Numbered from the stretch's first letter, positions 1 to 11,044 are shown. The stretch is 64,000 nt of DNA from Methanotrichaceae archaeon (GCA_963754945.1 CAVWIG010000018.1:132031-196030), one strand, 5' to 3'. The notes: generated from the sequence alone by a model not told the origin. Translations and numbers: made by a program.

Positions 1-116
1 TGTGGCTTGTCTATGGATAGAGATCTCAATGCAGCGGTCAACATTCTGAGATTGGGGATGCAATCTCTTCGCAAAAGCGATAGAAGTCCCCGCCCTTTAG
101 GACGGGGAGCGTTCAC
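1..116 (+). mobile_element. tnpB: 3' end of tnpB-type IS200/IS605 element (end of tnpB, stop at 98-100, right-end hairpin, terminal TTCAC)
   Basis: Near-identical to about 7219-7333; encodes CGLSMDRDLNAAVNILRLG; hairpin CCCCGCCC-TTTA-GGACGGGG followed by AGCGTTCAC. Confidence 0.9.
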
Positions 117-141
117 TGAATCACGCCTTCATTAGACTGAC

Positions 142-423
142 CCCACATTCCGCAGTAAAGCTCAATTGAGCCAATAGTTTTCTGCATAGCGATTTTGCTA
201 TATTAATAAATATTTCAAAATATGCATTTATTTTTCAAATTTATAGATTTTGCAAAACGTGGCTAAATGCAGATTCCTGAATAGGATCTTGGTCCTGGAA
301 TCGCCGCAAAGGGCTTGGCAAATGAGATTATAATTAATTTTATATGATTAGGTTTTATAAACAAATTGCTAAATCGCTATCAGGCAAATTATTCATCATT
401 CAATCCTTACTGCGGAATGTCGG
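142..423. mobile_element. MITE (282 bp) with IS1634-type ends
   Basis: TIRs CCCACATTCCGCAGTAA / TTACTGCGGAATGTCGG (1 mismatch); 5-bp TSD CTGAC at 137-141 and 424-428; no ORF; first 12 nt match the IS1634 end at 696. Confidence 0.85.
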
Positions 424-2222
424 CTGACTAAATTGAAACACCAAATGAACGATACTTAGGAGTATTCCTAAAAACTAGCTTTCAACAAGCTTCTATTCTT
501 TCTTTCAAGATTCACTACCGAATGACCTAGCCTTTTGGTTCAATTGTTATGAATTTCATTGAATTAGCCCTCTCTCAATCTGTTCTTCGATAGCTTCCGC
601 TATGTTCAGATGACGTTGGCTTTTTTCGATGTACAGAGCTGAAATAGGTCAAAAGCGAAAGCTGTAACCATCAATTCAACATGAACCCTCTTGACCCCAC
701 ATTCCGCGGTTCACTCCATCCCGTAATATTTTTTGCACTCGCAGCCTAATAATTCAAGAATAGTGATCTGTGGGTCGCTTAGATGTACTATTGTCTTAAT
801 AATTGTTCCACCATCCGTAACAGCCGATACAATCACGCCCATAAAGATCTCAAAGACCCAGCGCATAGTAGGCCGCTGAGTTGGTTTGTTTATCTGATTC
901 GGTATGGTCTGCTCTTTCTCTTTGAGTTCCTTCCTGAGCTTCCATTCGGCGAATGAGTATATGAGAAGACTCAGGACCATGATCATGCAAAGTGCTTCGA
1001 TCCTCTCCTCTTTTTTGAGATAGACCTCGGAAACCTGGAAGCTCTTATCCTTCAGGAATCTGAATCCACGTTCGACCGCTTGCTGTCCTTTATAATAATT
1101 TAGCATGACCTCGGGGTCGAGATCGACTTGATTGCTGGCCAAAACAAATCGACCTAAGTTTTTGCGAGCTTCTATAAGAGCGTCCTCGTTGAGCTCTATC
1201 TCGCATTCAATCATGTAGCTTATGTTCAAAAGCTCATCTTTTTTCGGACGTCCCCGTTTCTTTTCTATTTTTTCCATAACCGGCATGACCTGCACATTCT
1301 TGAGCAGATGATGCGGGTGCCCGGATTGCCATAATCTCAAATCATTATCGGCGTCCGGTACACAGGCAAATTTCTTTCTCATTAACTTTCTGAGATCTTT
1401 TTCGGCCTCAGTCGTTTCTTTTTCAATTTTCTTCTCGAACGTTTTTTGGTTCCTTGTTTCCATTTCTTTAGACCAAACAACAACCGCACGCTGAGGAATT
1501 CCTGCATAATTAAGAGCGGTTGTAAAAAAAGCGTATCTTGGATCGCTGCCAGGTATCATATTTAAGTTGGAGTTGAGTAGTTTTTGAGCTTCTGATACAG
1601 TGGCTGGGATATGCGTAATCCATTTTGTATCTGTTCCCAAAAATTTGATATTTTCTTCTGTGTACAAAGCGCTATCCGCGATCCAATAGCTTTCATCGTC
1701 AAAATCAATCGCTTGTTGCGTTTTTTGTATCATTTCCATTATACTCTTCTTATCCGATTTATTTCCCGAGTATGCTTTAGCAAAGAGCGGCAAACCAAAT
1801 TGATTTGTAACCATACCGAGAACGAACCTCTTCAGATCCATTCTACCGTCTTTGGCATGACCAAAAGTAACCTGGATTGAATCAGTACCGTCTGGCGCAT
1901 CATTTTCATATTTCCCATAGACGCTGAAGTTTGTTGTATCTACATGGATTAGTTGAGTCTCGAAGGAAAATTGTTTCATTATGTGCAAAGAGATCTCATT
2001 GAAGAGCTCAGTGGCACCGTTTTCGTAAATCGCATCAAGTGTCCTGCCAACTACGTCGTCATTGAGGTCGGCTGGATTGATGCCTTCACCAAGTAGCTTT
2101 CCGGTAGGAATCGTCATGAAAAAGTTGGGAAAAAGGTACAGCCGCTGACCAGTAAAACCCAAGCCGTTCAAGATCATAGCTTTGATAATTACTGAATGAA
2201 GAAGATTTCGGGTCGTGAATTG

Positions 2223-3443
2223 TTAATAGGTTTTAATTTTGATATAGGAGAAGGTCAATAGTTCATGCAAGCTCCAGATGTGATCAATTAAGCCGGCTTG
2301 CTTCGCAGGACAATTGAGCCTTGTTATCCCTCGCTCGTCCCTGTATTTCAGAGAGCGATGCTTTCTGCAGTAATTGAAGTTTGCGAAATAGAGGGTCATT
2401 TGATGATCTAATTCCATATTTTTCTTAGAAAAGCCTATTGTTTTCCTGGATATGCGGTTATTATCTTGTCTGCATGTTAGATTATGTCGTTCTATATAGC
2501 TAGTAGATATCATCTTGAGTTTTATATTCGCCCCAAATATGATCCTTTTAACAACTTTTTTAAGTCTGCCTTCTGCCCGAATCTTAATAACCTGCGCGTA
2601 GTTTAACAGTTCGTCTACTATTAATTTAGGACTTCGAGGTCGTCCTCGTTTGCCAGTTGGTGCAAACAGTTGTAACTTTCCATATTGCTTTCGGAGAGCT
2701 ATTGTATATAATTTTAATCCATCAGTTACAAATAATGGTATTGATCTCAGTATTTTCGCGGTATTTGTGCTGTGTTGCGTAACTCAGGACCGTGATGCTT
2801 ACAGATGTCGATTTTGCTCATTTATCGATCATCACTGGTATTGCCCCGATGCATATCGATTTTGCCAGAGTTATTCAACACAGCAGGTATTTGCAACGAG
2901 CTTATCTGCGATTTTCTGAGACCGCTCACCAACTACATGGGAAAGCACCAGACGACATTCAGTAGCCATGCTTATCCAGATCCAATTCCCAGAGTCTTCG
3001 AATTCATCTTTTCTGGGCAACGTTTTTTTTTCCACAAAAGTCCAGAGTTCGTCCATCTCTACTTTTGGTGTCTCGATGTCTTTCAAAATAACCTCATTTA
3101 CCCGTTCACAATGCTCTCCAGCTCTTGAGATCCAGGTGCTTACAGTAGACGGCTGTACCTCAAGAGTTTCTGCGATACCTAAAATGCTCATTCCGCGCAT
3201 AGACATTTTTAAAGCCAGCTTGACTTTATCTTCATCTGTCCGTAGGTCATATAATGGCGTGTTAGTTCTATCGCAGAACTTAGTTGTGCATGAATGGCAG
3301 ACGAATTTTCTACCCTTGCCGGAACTTCTCTCATAGGTTCCGTAAACAGTAACGTTTCCTTTTCCAGCAATTCCAAATAGTGCACACTTTTCATTTGGAC
3401 ATGCTACATCCAAAAATCGAGGTTTTGGACCTCTTAATCCCAT
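2223..3443 (-). pseudogene. IS1-family transposase (Zn ribbon, HTH, DDE) disrupted by MITE 2768-2885
   Basis: CPNEKC...CHSC, VEMDELWTFV, FVTDGL, STSYIERHNLT; a single frame is restored when the MITE and one TSD copy are removed. Confidence 0.85.
2768..2885. mobile_element. MITE (118 bp)
   Basis: TIRs TGCTGTGTTGCGTAACTC / GAGTTATTCAACACAGCA (2 mismatches); 8-bp TSD GGTATTTG at 2760-2767 and 2886-2893. Confidence 0.9.
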
Positions 3444-4724
3444 TTGCTACACCCCATATAGCATAGTAGACAGGGGCTATTTATAACAGCCTATAATTGA
3501 TTCACGACCAGATTTCGCGAACCTCTCTTGGGAAGAACTCGATCAATTACGTCAGCGATATTCAATGCATCAAATATGCCAGCAACTATGCCAAGGTGAC
3601 CTATCAAATATGATTGGACATCCATATCCATGCTACTTCCCTTCTTGGAAGCAGTAGAAAGTCGTTATTAAATAATCTTTCCCATTTTAATCATAGGCTA
3701 TTTCTGGATTATTTGATGCGAAGCGCGGAATGTGGGCTTGACTGTTGTAACCAACACTCTTCCCATCCCAAATACTCTTTTTATAACAGCATGAGGCCGT
3801 TCTCCCGGGGATCTTAGTATGCTTATCAACCTGTTTCGCTCTTTATCAAGCTCCTCAAGAGGCTTTTCTGATGTTCTGCGTTTCATCGTGAAATCGATAC
3901 CCCTTGCTTCAGCGCCAAAATATCCTCTATCTCTAAGGACGATTTCATCTTTGGTTGATAAGTCAACCTGACTATCATGCAATGAAGCGGTTGTTGTCTC
4001 GATTTCGCGTATTAGGCAGTAATCGATATCGGTTTTTTGGTGCAGCTTATATCCAAAATGAGTCTCATTTCCTTTCTTTGCCCAGGTTCCATCTCGACTG
4101 CGTCGAGTCTTAGCATCCTCACCACGAGGTTTTTTTGAAGAACCGGGATCTGCTTCAATGAATGTTGCATCTTGCACCGTTCCACACTTAACCTGCAAAC
4201 CCATAGCGACTAACTGTCTTTGCAGTTCTGACCAGATCAACTCAGCTTTTCCGGATTCTGCAATGCGTTGCTTGAATAGCCATATCGTTCGGGAGTCTGG
4301 CAAAGGATCAGGATAATCAAGGAACGCCATAAATGATATGCGGTCAGCCATTTGTCTTTCAATTCCCAAATCGCTCAGACCATGCCATTTCTGAAGGATC
4401 AAAATCTTGAACATCATGATGACATCGCAGTTTGGTCTTCCACCTTTCTCGCTTTTATTATCATACATCTCTTCGAGAATTTGGCGGAAAGGTGCCCAAT
4501 CAATCTTATTCGATATCTCTGAGAGTCGCGACTTCTCTTGCTTGGCATGGAGACCTTTAAGCATCCAAGTAGTAAATGAATCCATAATATACAATAGTAT
4601 TAATAGTATATAAACTTTACTATAATTAAAGCCAGGTAGGTTTATAGGAATTCTCTTAGAACCGCTATAATAGATGAAATTCTATAAAATAGAGGTTAGG
4701 GGAGATGTCTCCCCTATATGTATT

Positions 4725-5693
4725 TTAAGGTTTGCAGTACGGGAACGGACAGGACGTGCAGTCGAAGAAGCCCTTCGCGCTGTGGTATCTCTGGTCGTGG
4801 ATAGTCATATCGTTCCAGCCTTCATTACAGGTGCATGGCAGCCAGTCGTATGTGGGCTTGTTCCTGGAATAGGGAGCTGCCAGGGTCATGTTCTTCTCGA
4901 CGTGGTATGTTCCGAAGTAATCCTCATCGATTTCGACCGCTGGTTTCTTCCAGGCTGTTACTTCCATCGATGATAAGGAGTTCGGAATTATTCCTGTGCC
5001 ATCGGCGTTAGCCTGCAACACACCGATGTGTATCTTGCCTTCCCCTACATCCTCTTTTATCCTCATCTGGGTGACTGCGTTAGCCGTGTAGAGCGGGTCG
5101 TAAGTGAAGTTGGTGAAGTCCTTTACGGTGACGCTGAGATCCTTGTCGAGCTTGTGGGCGTACTCGACCTCGTTCTGCATCTCTGAGCCTGCAAGCCGGT
5201 TCTTTACCCAGGTCTTCTCCTTGATCAGGGAATCGTAGTTCAGCGGATTGACTGCGTAGTAGCCGGTCCCTATTGCGATTCTCGTCGGAGCGTACACTGC
5301 ATGGGTGGTCTCTTTGTACTGGATGCACGACACAGCGGCGTCATTCCAGTCTGCATTCCACAGATGGTACTGGTGGGTTGTTTGGTAGTTGCTCAGAACA
5401 GCCTCGTTGTCCAGAGACCCGCTTCCATGGGCGTAATCCTTGAACTCGGCATTTCCCATCTTGGCGTATTTGTAAGTCATGTAGTAGCCGTTGCCCTGAA
5501 CGGACTGCTCAAAGCTGAAGCTCACGTTCTTGTCTACTATCTGATTCGCGTATTTAATAGGATAATCATATCCTACAAAACCATTCACAGCCTCTTGAGT
5601 ATAATCGGGCTGTGGAATCAGAGCCGCCGTCACAATTGCCGTTGTTCCTAAAACCGCCATTAGGACCAACGCCGCTAACATAATACTCTTCAT
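4725..5693 (-). CDS. secreted hypothetical protein, Cys-rich C-terminus
   Basis: 322-aa ORF with signal peptide MKSIMLAALVLMAVLG, GGAGG RBS upstream, C-terminal CTC...CTSC...C. Confidence 0.8.
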   Translation of the reverse strand: MKSIMLAALVLMAVLGTTAIVTAALIPQPDYTQEAVNGFVGYDYPIKYANQIVDKNVSFSFEQSVQGNGYYMTYKYAKMGNAEFKDYAHGSGSLDNEAVLSNYQTTHQYHLWNADWNDAAVSCIQYKETTHAVYAPTRIAIGTGYYAVNPLNYDSLIKEKTWVKNRLAGSEMQNEVEYAHKLDKDLSVTVKDFTNFTYDPLYTANAVTQMRIKEDVGEGKIHIGVLQANADGTGIIPNSLSSMEVTAWKKPAVEIDEDYFGTYHVEKNMTLAAPYSRNKPTYDWLPCTCNEGWNDMTIHDQRYHSAKGFFDCTSCPFPYCKP

Positions 5694-6095
5694 GTAATCC
5701 CTCCATGTAAATACGAGTTATCCTCTTTGAGGTCCTTTGGAATTCTTTTGTTACTCTTCTATTTGAATCTGTTGATCCTGAAGGATACGCCTAATAGAAT
5801 TCGACATAGAAAAGCTGCACGGTTCACCCTACCAGCCGGAGGAAGCGACTCGGTACTATAAACATTTCTGGTGGCCGCAGTTCTCAATTGAAGCAATGAG
5901 CACGAAATGAATCTTGATGGATGATCCTAATAATTTTTTTACTATGACAAGTAAATTCGGTAAGAAATGCTTCGATTAGACAGATTAATCAATTCTTTGA
6001 ATATAATGCCCATAGATATGCCTATTGATTCATGATTTAGACCGCTCTCTAACTGAATTCGTTGAGGGCGCTATATACCTCGCAGGAGCGGAGAG

Positions 6096-7333
6096 GGCGG
6101 GGCGAGAAGGCCCCCTCCTTCATGGTAGGGATGAAAGCGGAGTCCTCCCGGTTCCTATAGATAACTATATACGCTAAAACAACTTCTTATATTTCATGCG
6201 TAAATCGTATCGCTATAGGCTCTATCCCACTAAGTCCCAACGGTCTGTTTTGAATCAGACTCTGGAGCTTTGTAGGCAGGTCTATAACGATACACTTGGT
6301 TTGCGAAAAGGTGCCTGGGAGAATGAAGACAAATCTATCTCCCTGTACGAAACCAACAGCGTCCTTGTAACCTGGAAAGCCAAAAGACCGGAACTTAAGC
6401 TGGTCTATTCTCAGGTTCTTCAGAATGTCCAGGTTAGGGTAGATCTGGCCTTGAAAGCCTTTTTCCGAAGAGTCAAAGCCGGAGAAGAACCTGGATATCC
6501 TAGATTCAAGGGCAAAGGTCGCTATGATAGCATCACCTACAAACAATTCGGTGTTGAAATCAGAGATGGTAAGCTCCATCTAGCAAAGATCGGCGATATC
6601 AAGATCAAACTCCATCGACCTATTGAGGGAGATATCAAGACCTGCACTCTTCGGAGATCGACAACGGGCAAATGGTTTGCTTGTTTCTCGGTCGAGATTG
6701 AAGATGTTCCTTTGCCTCCATGGAAAGACGGTTCAGTCGTTGGAATCGATGTAGGATTAGAAAGCTTTGCAACTCTTTCTAACGGAGAAAAGATCGCTAA
6801 CCCTCGATTCTTCATAGTCGAAGAAAAAGCATTAGCCAAAGCCCAAAGGAAGCTCTCAAAAGCTCCGATGGGATCGTCTGAACGGAAGAAAGCCAAATGG
6901 GTGGTCGAGCGAGTCCATGAGAGGATTGCTAACAGACGAACCGATTTTGCCAACCACGTTAGTCGTGTGCTGGTAGATCGCTTTGGTGTTGTTGTCTTTG
7001 AAGATCTTGATATCCAAAACATGCTCAAAAACCACTGCCTAGCTAAATCAATCTCGGACGTGGCTTGGAATATGCTGGTGAACGCAACTGAGAGCAAAGC
7101 AGCATACGCTGGCTCTAAGGTTGTGCTAATAAATCCAAGAAACACATCTCAGATATGTTCTAGGTGTGGCCTAGTAGTCAAAAAAGATCTCTCTGAAAGA
7201 GTCCATAGCTGCTCGGAATGTGGCTTGTCTATGGATAGAGATCTCAATGCAGCTATCAACATTCTGAGATTGGGGATGCAATCTCTTCGCAAAAGCGATA
7301 GAAGCCCCGTCCTTTAGGACGGGGAGCGTTCAC
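6096..7333 (+). mobile_element. IS200/IS605-family tnpB-only (IS1341-like) element; left end approximate
   Basis: GC-rich imperfect left-end hairpin at about 6096-6140; perfect right-end hairpin CCCCGTCC-TTTA-GGACGGGG then TTCAC; no tnpA. Confidence 0.8.
6196..7317 (+). CDS. tnpB: RNA-guided endonuclease TnpB
   Basis: YRYRLYPT N-terminus; RuvC motifs GIDVG, VFEDL, DRDLNAA; Zn finger CSRCG/CSECG. Confidence 0.95.
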   Translation: MRKSYRYRLYPTKSQRSVLNQTLELCRQVYNDTLGLRKGAWENEDKSISLYETNSVLVTWKAKRPELKLVYSQVLQNVQVRVDLALKAFFRRVKAGEEPGYPRFKGKGRYDSITYKQFGVEIRDGKLHLAKIGDIKIKLHRPIEGDIKTCTLRRSTTGKWFACFSVEIEDVPLPPWKDGSVVGIDVGLESFATLSNGEKIANPRFFIVEEKALAKAQRKLSKAPMGSSERKKAKWVVERVHERIANRRTDFANHVSRVLVDRFGVVVFEDLDIQNMLKNHCLAKSISDVAWNMLVNATESKAAYAGSKVVLINPRNTSQICSRCGLVVKKDLSERVHSCSECGLSMDRDLNAAINILRLGMQSLRKSDRSPVL

Positions 7334-7699
7334 CTATTTATCGCATAGTCGTAGATTCGTGGTATCATAACCAAAAGGTTAATACGTAAAGGGTTGGTGG
7401 GTATGTACAACATGCCCACTAACTTCGATCTTATAGTATAATAACTAGTCTTAGTCTTAGCATCACTAGTCTTGAAATCGCGGGCAATATTTCGAAGGAT
7501 TGATAGTTCGATTCGGCAAAATAGTTCGGGCCGAAGCGCTTAGTATAGTCCGCTTCATAAGATCGGCAAATAGGACGTGGGAAACCCCAAAACTTGAAGT
7601 GCCTTTAGGAACAATACGCCTACGGGCGAAAGTTCTCGATCGAGGATCGGGGGTATCAAGAACCCCAGCAATATGCTGGAACAGGAGGACCAAAGGGGG

Positions 7700-8560
7700 A
7701 TGCTGGCAGAACTGGAAGATAAAAAGGCAAAGATCAGACAAGAATCTTTTACGTACAAGGACCGCCGCAGCCAACTGAATTCAGAGGCGAGCAAATGGGC
7801 CGCCAAGAGAAATGATCTCAACAAGTCCACTAAGGAGTTAATTGAGAAGGCCCAGGAACTCAAAAAGCAGCGGGACGAGAACAACAAAAACGTCGCCGAT
7901 GCCAAGAAGCACCGAGATGAATTCAACGAAAAGACCAATGCACTGTACGCCAAGATAGACGAGATCCGCAAGAAGTATAACTTAACTGGCGACCGGTCTA
8001 TAAGGGATCTGCGCAGAGAGATAGACCACCTGGAGTTCAGGCAGCAAACTGAAGTCCTAAGCCCGGACAAAGAGAAACAACTGGTCGACAAGATATCTGC
8101 CCTCCATGCAGAGTTTCGCAGCCGCAAGGAACAGCTTGAGAAGAACGACGAGCTGCGTAAATTGCTTGATGAGGCTCAGGGTCTGAGGGACGAGGCCTCC
8201 AAGTTCCACGACGAAGTCACCAAGTATGCGGAGCTGGCCCAGGAGTACCACGACCAGATGATCGCTACCTTCAAAGAGGCGGATCAAACAAGAGCAGAGG
8301 CGGACGCTGCGCACAAGGAGTTTGTAAAAGCTCAGGAAGCCGCAGATGATCAGCACAAGGAGTTCATCCGCACCCAGCGTGAGGTCCGCGACTTCGATAA
8401 GGTCATCGTGGGACTGAAAAAGAAGAACCGCGATAGCAAGGAAGATAGGGCCAAAGAAGTTGCTAAGCGTGAGGCTGAAGAGATTATGACCCACTTCCGT
8501 CAAGGCGAAAAACTGAATACGGCGGATCTGCTTAGATTGCAGCGTGCTGGCCTAGTGTAA
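7700..8560 (+). CDS. archaeal coiled-coil protein (COG1340-like)
   Basis: Long E/K/R heptad pattern, LEFRQQTEVLSPDKEK and GEKLNTADLL motifs; start chosen at the ATG after AGGGGG (alternative 7673). Confidence 0.8.
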   Translation: MLAELEDKKAKIRQESFTYKDRRSQLNSEASKWAAKRNDLNKSTKELIEKAQELKKQRDENNKNVADAKKHRDEFNEKTNALYAKIDEIRKKYNLTGDRSIRDLRREIDHLEFRQQTEVLSPDKEKQLVDKISALHAEFRSRKEQLEKNDELRKLLDEAQGLRDEASKFHDEVTKYAELAQEYHDQMIATFKEADQTRAEADAAHKEFVKAQEAADDQHKEFIRTQREVRDFDKVIVGLKKKNRDSKEDRAKEVAKREAEEIMTHFRQGEKLNTADLLRLQRAGLV

Positions 8561-8860
8561 AATCGAATTAGACGGGCAGAATTCAGGCTGCCCTGTTCTT
8601 AGATTTTGTTGTGGCGCCCATTTTAGCTTTGCTTTTGTGTGGTTGAACGTTGTAGGACACAGAAGTGGTAACCTTAAAACAAGGTAAGCAAAGGGACTAT
8701 CAAGTTCTGGGCATAGAATTAGAGAACAATGCGACTTAACGCACTTTTGTCTCAGATTTTTGCTTCCATCCTCCAAAGCTACGATGAAATAAATTCGCCA
8801 TCATCTTAAGACTCAAGCAACGACCGCAAGTTTTTAAACATCCTTGCCAGATCTTCAGCG

Positions 8861-9376
8861 ATGGACCAAACACGTCTGCTCTTTGGAAAACCGCTCATAA
8901 AGGATAGCAAAGAGTTCATCTCCGCAATAAGAGATCTTCAGGCTAGGACTGGATGCATGATCCAGGCCTTCGATGCTGATAAAGTGGCCAGTGAGAGACA
9001 TCTGATCTTTGCGATCGAAAAGGCATTTGCGGCCTTCTCCGAAGAGAGGAACATCGCCAAAGACTTAGGTGTAGAGATTCTGCGCTACGCCTCGGGAGAG
9101 CGTCAGATCGAAAGAGCCCTGTCGATAGGTGTATCCGGGTCAACGAAGAGAATAGCTTTAGCGATTACTAGCCCAGAGTTCGCGGGGGCACCGGCCTGGC
9201 CGGACTGCTCTGAACTATCCCAGCTAATAGAAGTCGATGGCATAGGGTGCTCTTTTAAGCTCGACGCGTTAAGAGAGACTTTCAACATATCGGAAGACGA
9301 GATACGGGCATCGGATGAGGCGCGAATCCCGGATCTTGTCCTTGAAAGGGTCGCACTAGTAGATACAATAAGGTAA
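8861..9376 (+). CDS. cgi121: KEOPS complex subunit Cgi121
   Basis: IQAFDADKVA, EILRYASGERQIERAL, LVLERVAL motifs. Confidence 0.85.
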   Translation: MDQTRLLFGKPLIKDSKEFISAIRDLQARTGCMIQAFDADKVASERHLIFAIEKAFAAFSEERNIAKDLGVEILRYASGERQIERALSIGVSGSTKRIALAITSPEFAGAPAWPDCSELSQLIEVDGIGCSFKLDALRETFNISEDEIRASDEARIPDLVLERVALVDTIR

Positions 9377-9385
9377 GGCGGTGGC

Positions 9386-9991
9386 ATGAAGGAAGAGTTC
9401 TATACAGATAAGCGCTGGCAGAACTGGCTCAGCAAAGTCAAAGATAGCAAGTTCACGCTTAAAGATTCTGATGAGAAGAATGCCGGCGCAGTCTTCGTCT
9501 ATATAATGGATGACGTTGTACTGGCCTGCTTAAAGGTCATAGCTAGATGTGAGAGAAAGGTCATACCTCTGGATGAGGCTCTATCTGAACTGGATAACAT
9601 AAGGAACATCGTCTTCAAGGAGCATGATTCCCTGGGGGAGGATGCCGATCTCATGATCGATTCTCTCAAGACGTCTCTAGCTGCCGTCTTCGCATCCTGT
9701 CAGCGTTACATCGCTGGAGACTACGATCGCGAATCTGACCTGAGGCAGATGGTGAAGAAGGCAATCGAGGCTGAGAACCTGGAGAATATAGACGAAGCCT
9801 TCGACATTCTCGGCCATGTTGGGGCCAGAGTGATAGGAGGAGAGAGCCTTCCCGAGGAGGCCATGGCCGATTTGCCCTACAGTATGACTGTAGAGCTTCT
9901 GGACGGCATAGATGCCATCTCCGCCGCTATGATTGGAGACGACTCCTACAAGGAAGACGACGGAACTGAAGAATGCAGCGAAGGATTGTAA
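9386..9991 (+). CDS. DUF2150-like conserved methanogen protein
   Basis: EFYTDKRWQNWL N-terminus; follows cgi121 in an operon. Confidence 0.7.
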   Translation: MKEEFYTDKRWQNWLSKVKDSKFTLKDSDEKNAGAVFVYIMDDVVLACLKVIARCERKVIPLDEALSELDNIRNIVFKEHDSLGEDADLMIDSLKTSLAAVFASCQRYIAGDYDRESDLRQMVKKAIEAENLENIDEAFDILGHVGARVIGGESLPEEAMADLPYSMTVELLDGIDAISAAMIGDDSYKEDDGTEECSEGL

Positions 9992-10065
9992 TTCTTAGCT
10001 ACAAACGCCTTATTTAGCCATCAATTCGGTTCCGCTACATTTCGAGATGAATCTATCAACGTTGG

Positions 10066-10956
10066 CTAATCAGAACCGTTGAATCTTGTAGTAACCTCAC
10101 AGCCGTTCTCCTGGACGATAACCGTATGCTCCGCTTGAGAAACCAGAGCGCCCTCTACCTCCCACAATACCGGATAGCTGTGAATTATTCCAGCCCTCAA
10201 AAGTTGCGACAGGGCGTAGTCTATCCTCTCCCCGACCAGCCACCTGCGCGCGAAAGGCAGGGTCTTATACTTTTCCTGGATCTCCTTCGCGAGTTCTCTT
10301 GCCTGGGGTGATCTGATCGGCCTGTGGCCAGAGAAACCAAAAATCTCGGTTTGAGGCGCCTCGGAAATTCTTCCTGAGCCATTCGTGGCAAAAGGCTCGA
10401 TTGCGATAACGTCTCCATCCTTCAGGGTCACTCCCTTTTCCAGGACTTTGTTGGGTATGATTGGCTCGGCGTGAGCCGAGTACCTCTCCAGGCCATGCCC
10501 GGTGAGGTTGGCAACCGGTTTGAAGCCGTAGCCAGTTATGGCCCGCTCTATGGCCGCCCCGATATCGGCTGTGTTTGCTCCGGGAGTTACCAGCTCGATG
10601 GCTGCATCTAATGCCGCCTGCGACGCCTCCACCAGCTCGGTGTGTCCGCTGAGGTCCACAGTGATTGCGGCGTCGGCTATGTAGCCGTCAACGTGAACCC
10701 CTATGTCGAGCTTGGTCATGCTCTCGCCAAAGGTGCTCTCGTCCTTGGGGCCGGGAGTATAGTGGGCGGCCACTCTGTCCCTTGAGATGTTACAGGGAAA
10801 GGCAGGTTCTGCTCCTTCTTTTCTGATCGACCCTTCCACAAACTCGGCCACCTCGATCAATAGCACGTCCACGTCCACCTTAGACCGGGCCTCCTGGCAA
10901 ACCTTGGCCAAGATCCTTCCGGCCTTCCTGTAATTTTCTAAGACATCTGATTCCAT
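10066..10956 (-). CDS. map: type II methionine aminopeptidase
   Basis: AAHYTP, KLDIGVHVDGYIADAA, NLTGH, AIEPFAT, QAEHT. Confidence 0.95.
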   Translation of the reverse strand: MESDVLENYRKAGRILAKVCQEARSKVDVDVLLIEVAEFVEGSIRKEGAEPAFPCNISRDRVAAHYTPGPKDESTFGESMTKLDIGVHVDGYIADAAITVDLSGHTELVEASQAALDAAIELVTPGANTADIGAAIERAITGYGFKPVANLTGHGLERYSAHAEPIIPNKVLEKGVTLKDGDVIAIEPFATNGSGRISEAPQTEIFGFSGHRPIRSPQARELAKEIQEKYKTLPFARRWLVGERIDYALSQLLRAGIIHSYPVLWEVEGALVSQAEHTVIVQENGCEVTTRFNGSD

Positions 10957-11044
10957 GTATCCACCTAAATTTCAGGTCCGGGTTCGGTCATAAGCCCGTC
11001 ACCAATCTGTGGTTAATATTTGAAGGAATTATTTGAAGGATTTC

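Larger units (their letters stand above)
2211..3509 (-). mobile_element. IS1-family element interrupted by a MITE
   Basis: TIR GGTCGTGAAT / ATTCACGACC; 8-bp TSD AGATTTCG at 2203-2210 and 3510-3517. Confidence 0.9.
711..3631 (-). pseudogene. IS1634 transposase split by IS1 (N-terminus 3510-3631, remainder 711-2210)
   Basis: MDMDVQSYLIGHLGIVAG...RGSRNL joins LHSVIIKAMILNGLGF across the TSD; motifs HVDTT, GHAKDGRMDLK, IADSALY, VERGFRFLKD. Confidence 0.85.
696..3736 (-). mobile_element. IS1634-family element interrupted by an IS1-family element
   Basis: TIR CCCACATTCCGC / GCGGAATGTGGG; 6-bp TSD CTTGAC at 690-695 and 3737-3742. Confidence 0.9.
606..4594 (-). pseudogene. IS5 transposase split by IS1634 (N-terminal part 3737-4594, C-terminal tail 606-695)
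   Basis: Motifs QDATFI, FGYKLH, DRGY; frame resumes after TSD CTTGAC as RVHVELMVTAFAFDLFQLCTSKKANVI*. Confidence 0.85.
460..4655 (-). mobile_element. IS5-family element interrupted by IS1634 (outer layer of a nested stack)
   Basis: TIRs GAGTATTCCTAAAAAC / GTTTATAGGAATTCTC; TSD TTAG at 456-459 and 4656-4659. Confidence 0.85.

Noticed and set aside
3023-3031. A9 run (minus strand) in the IS1 transposase as a programmed frameshift site
   Set aside because: The ORF already reads through in frame; the break in this gene is caused by the MITE.
11017-11043. Tandem TATTTGAAGGA repeat between the peptidase and map genes
   Set aside because: Only two short copies; no evidence of function.
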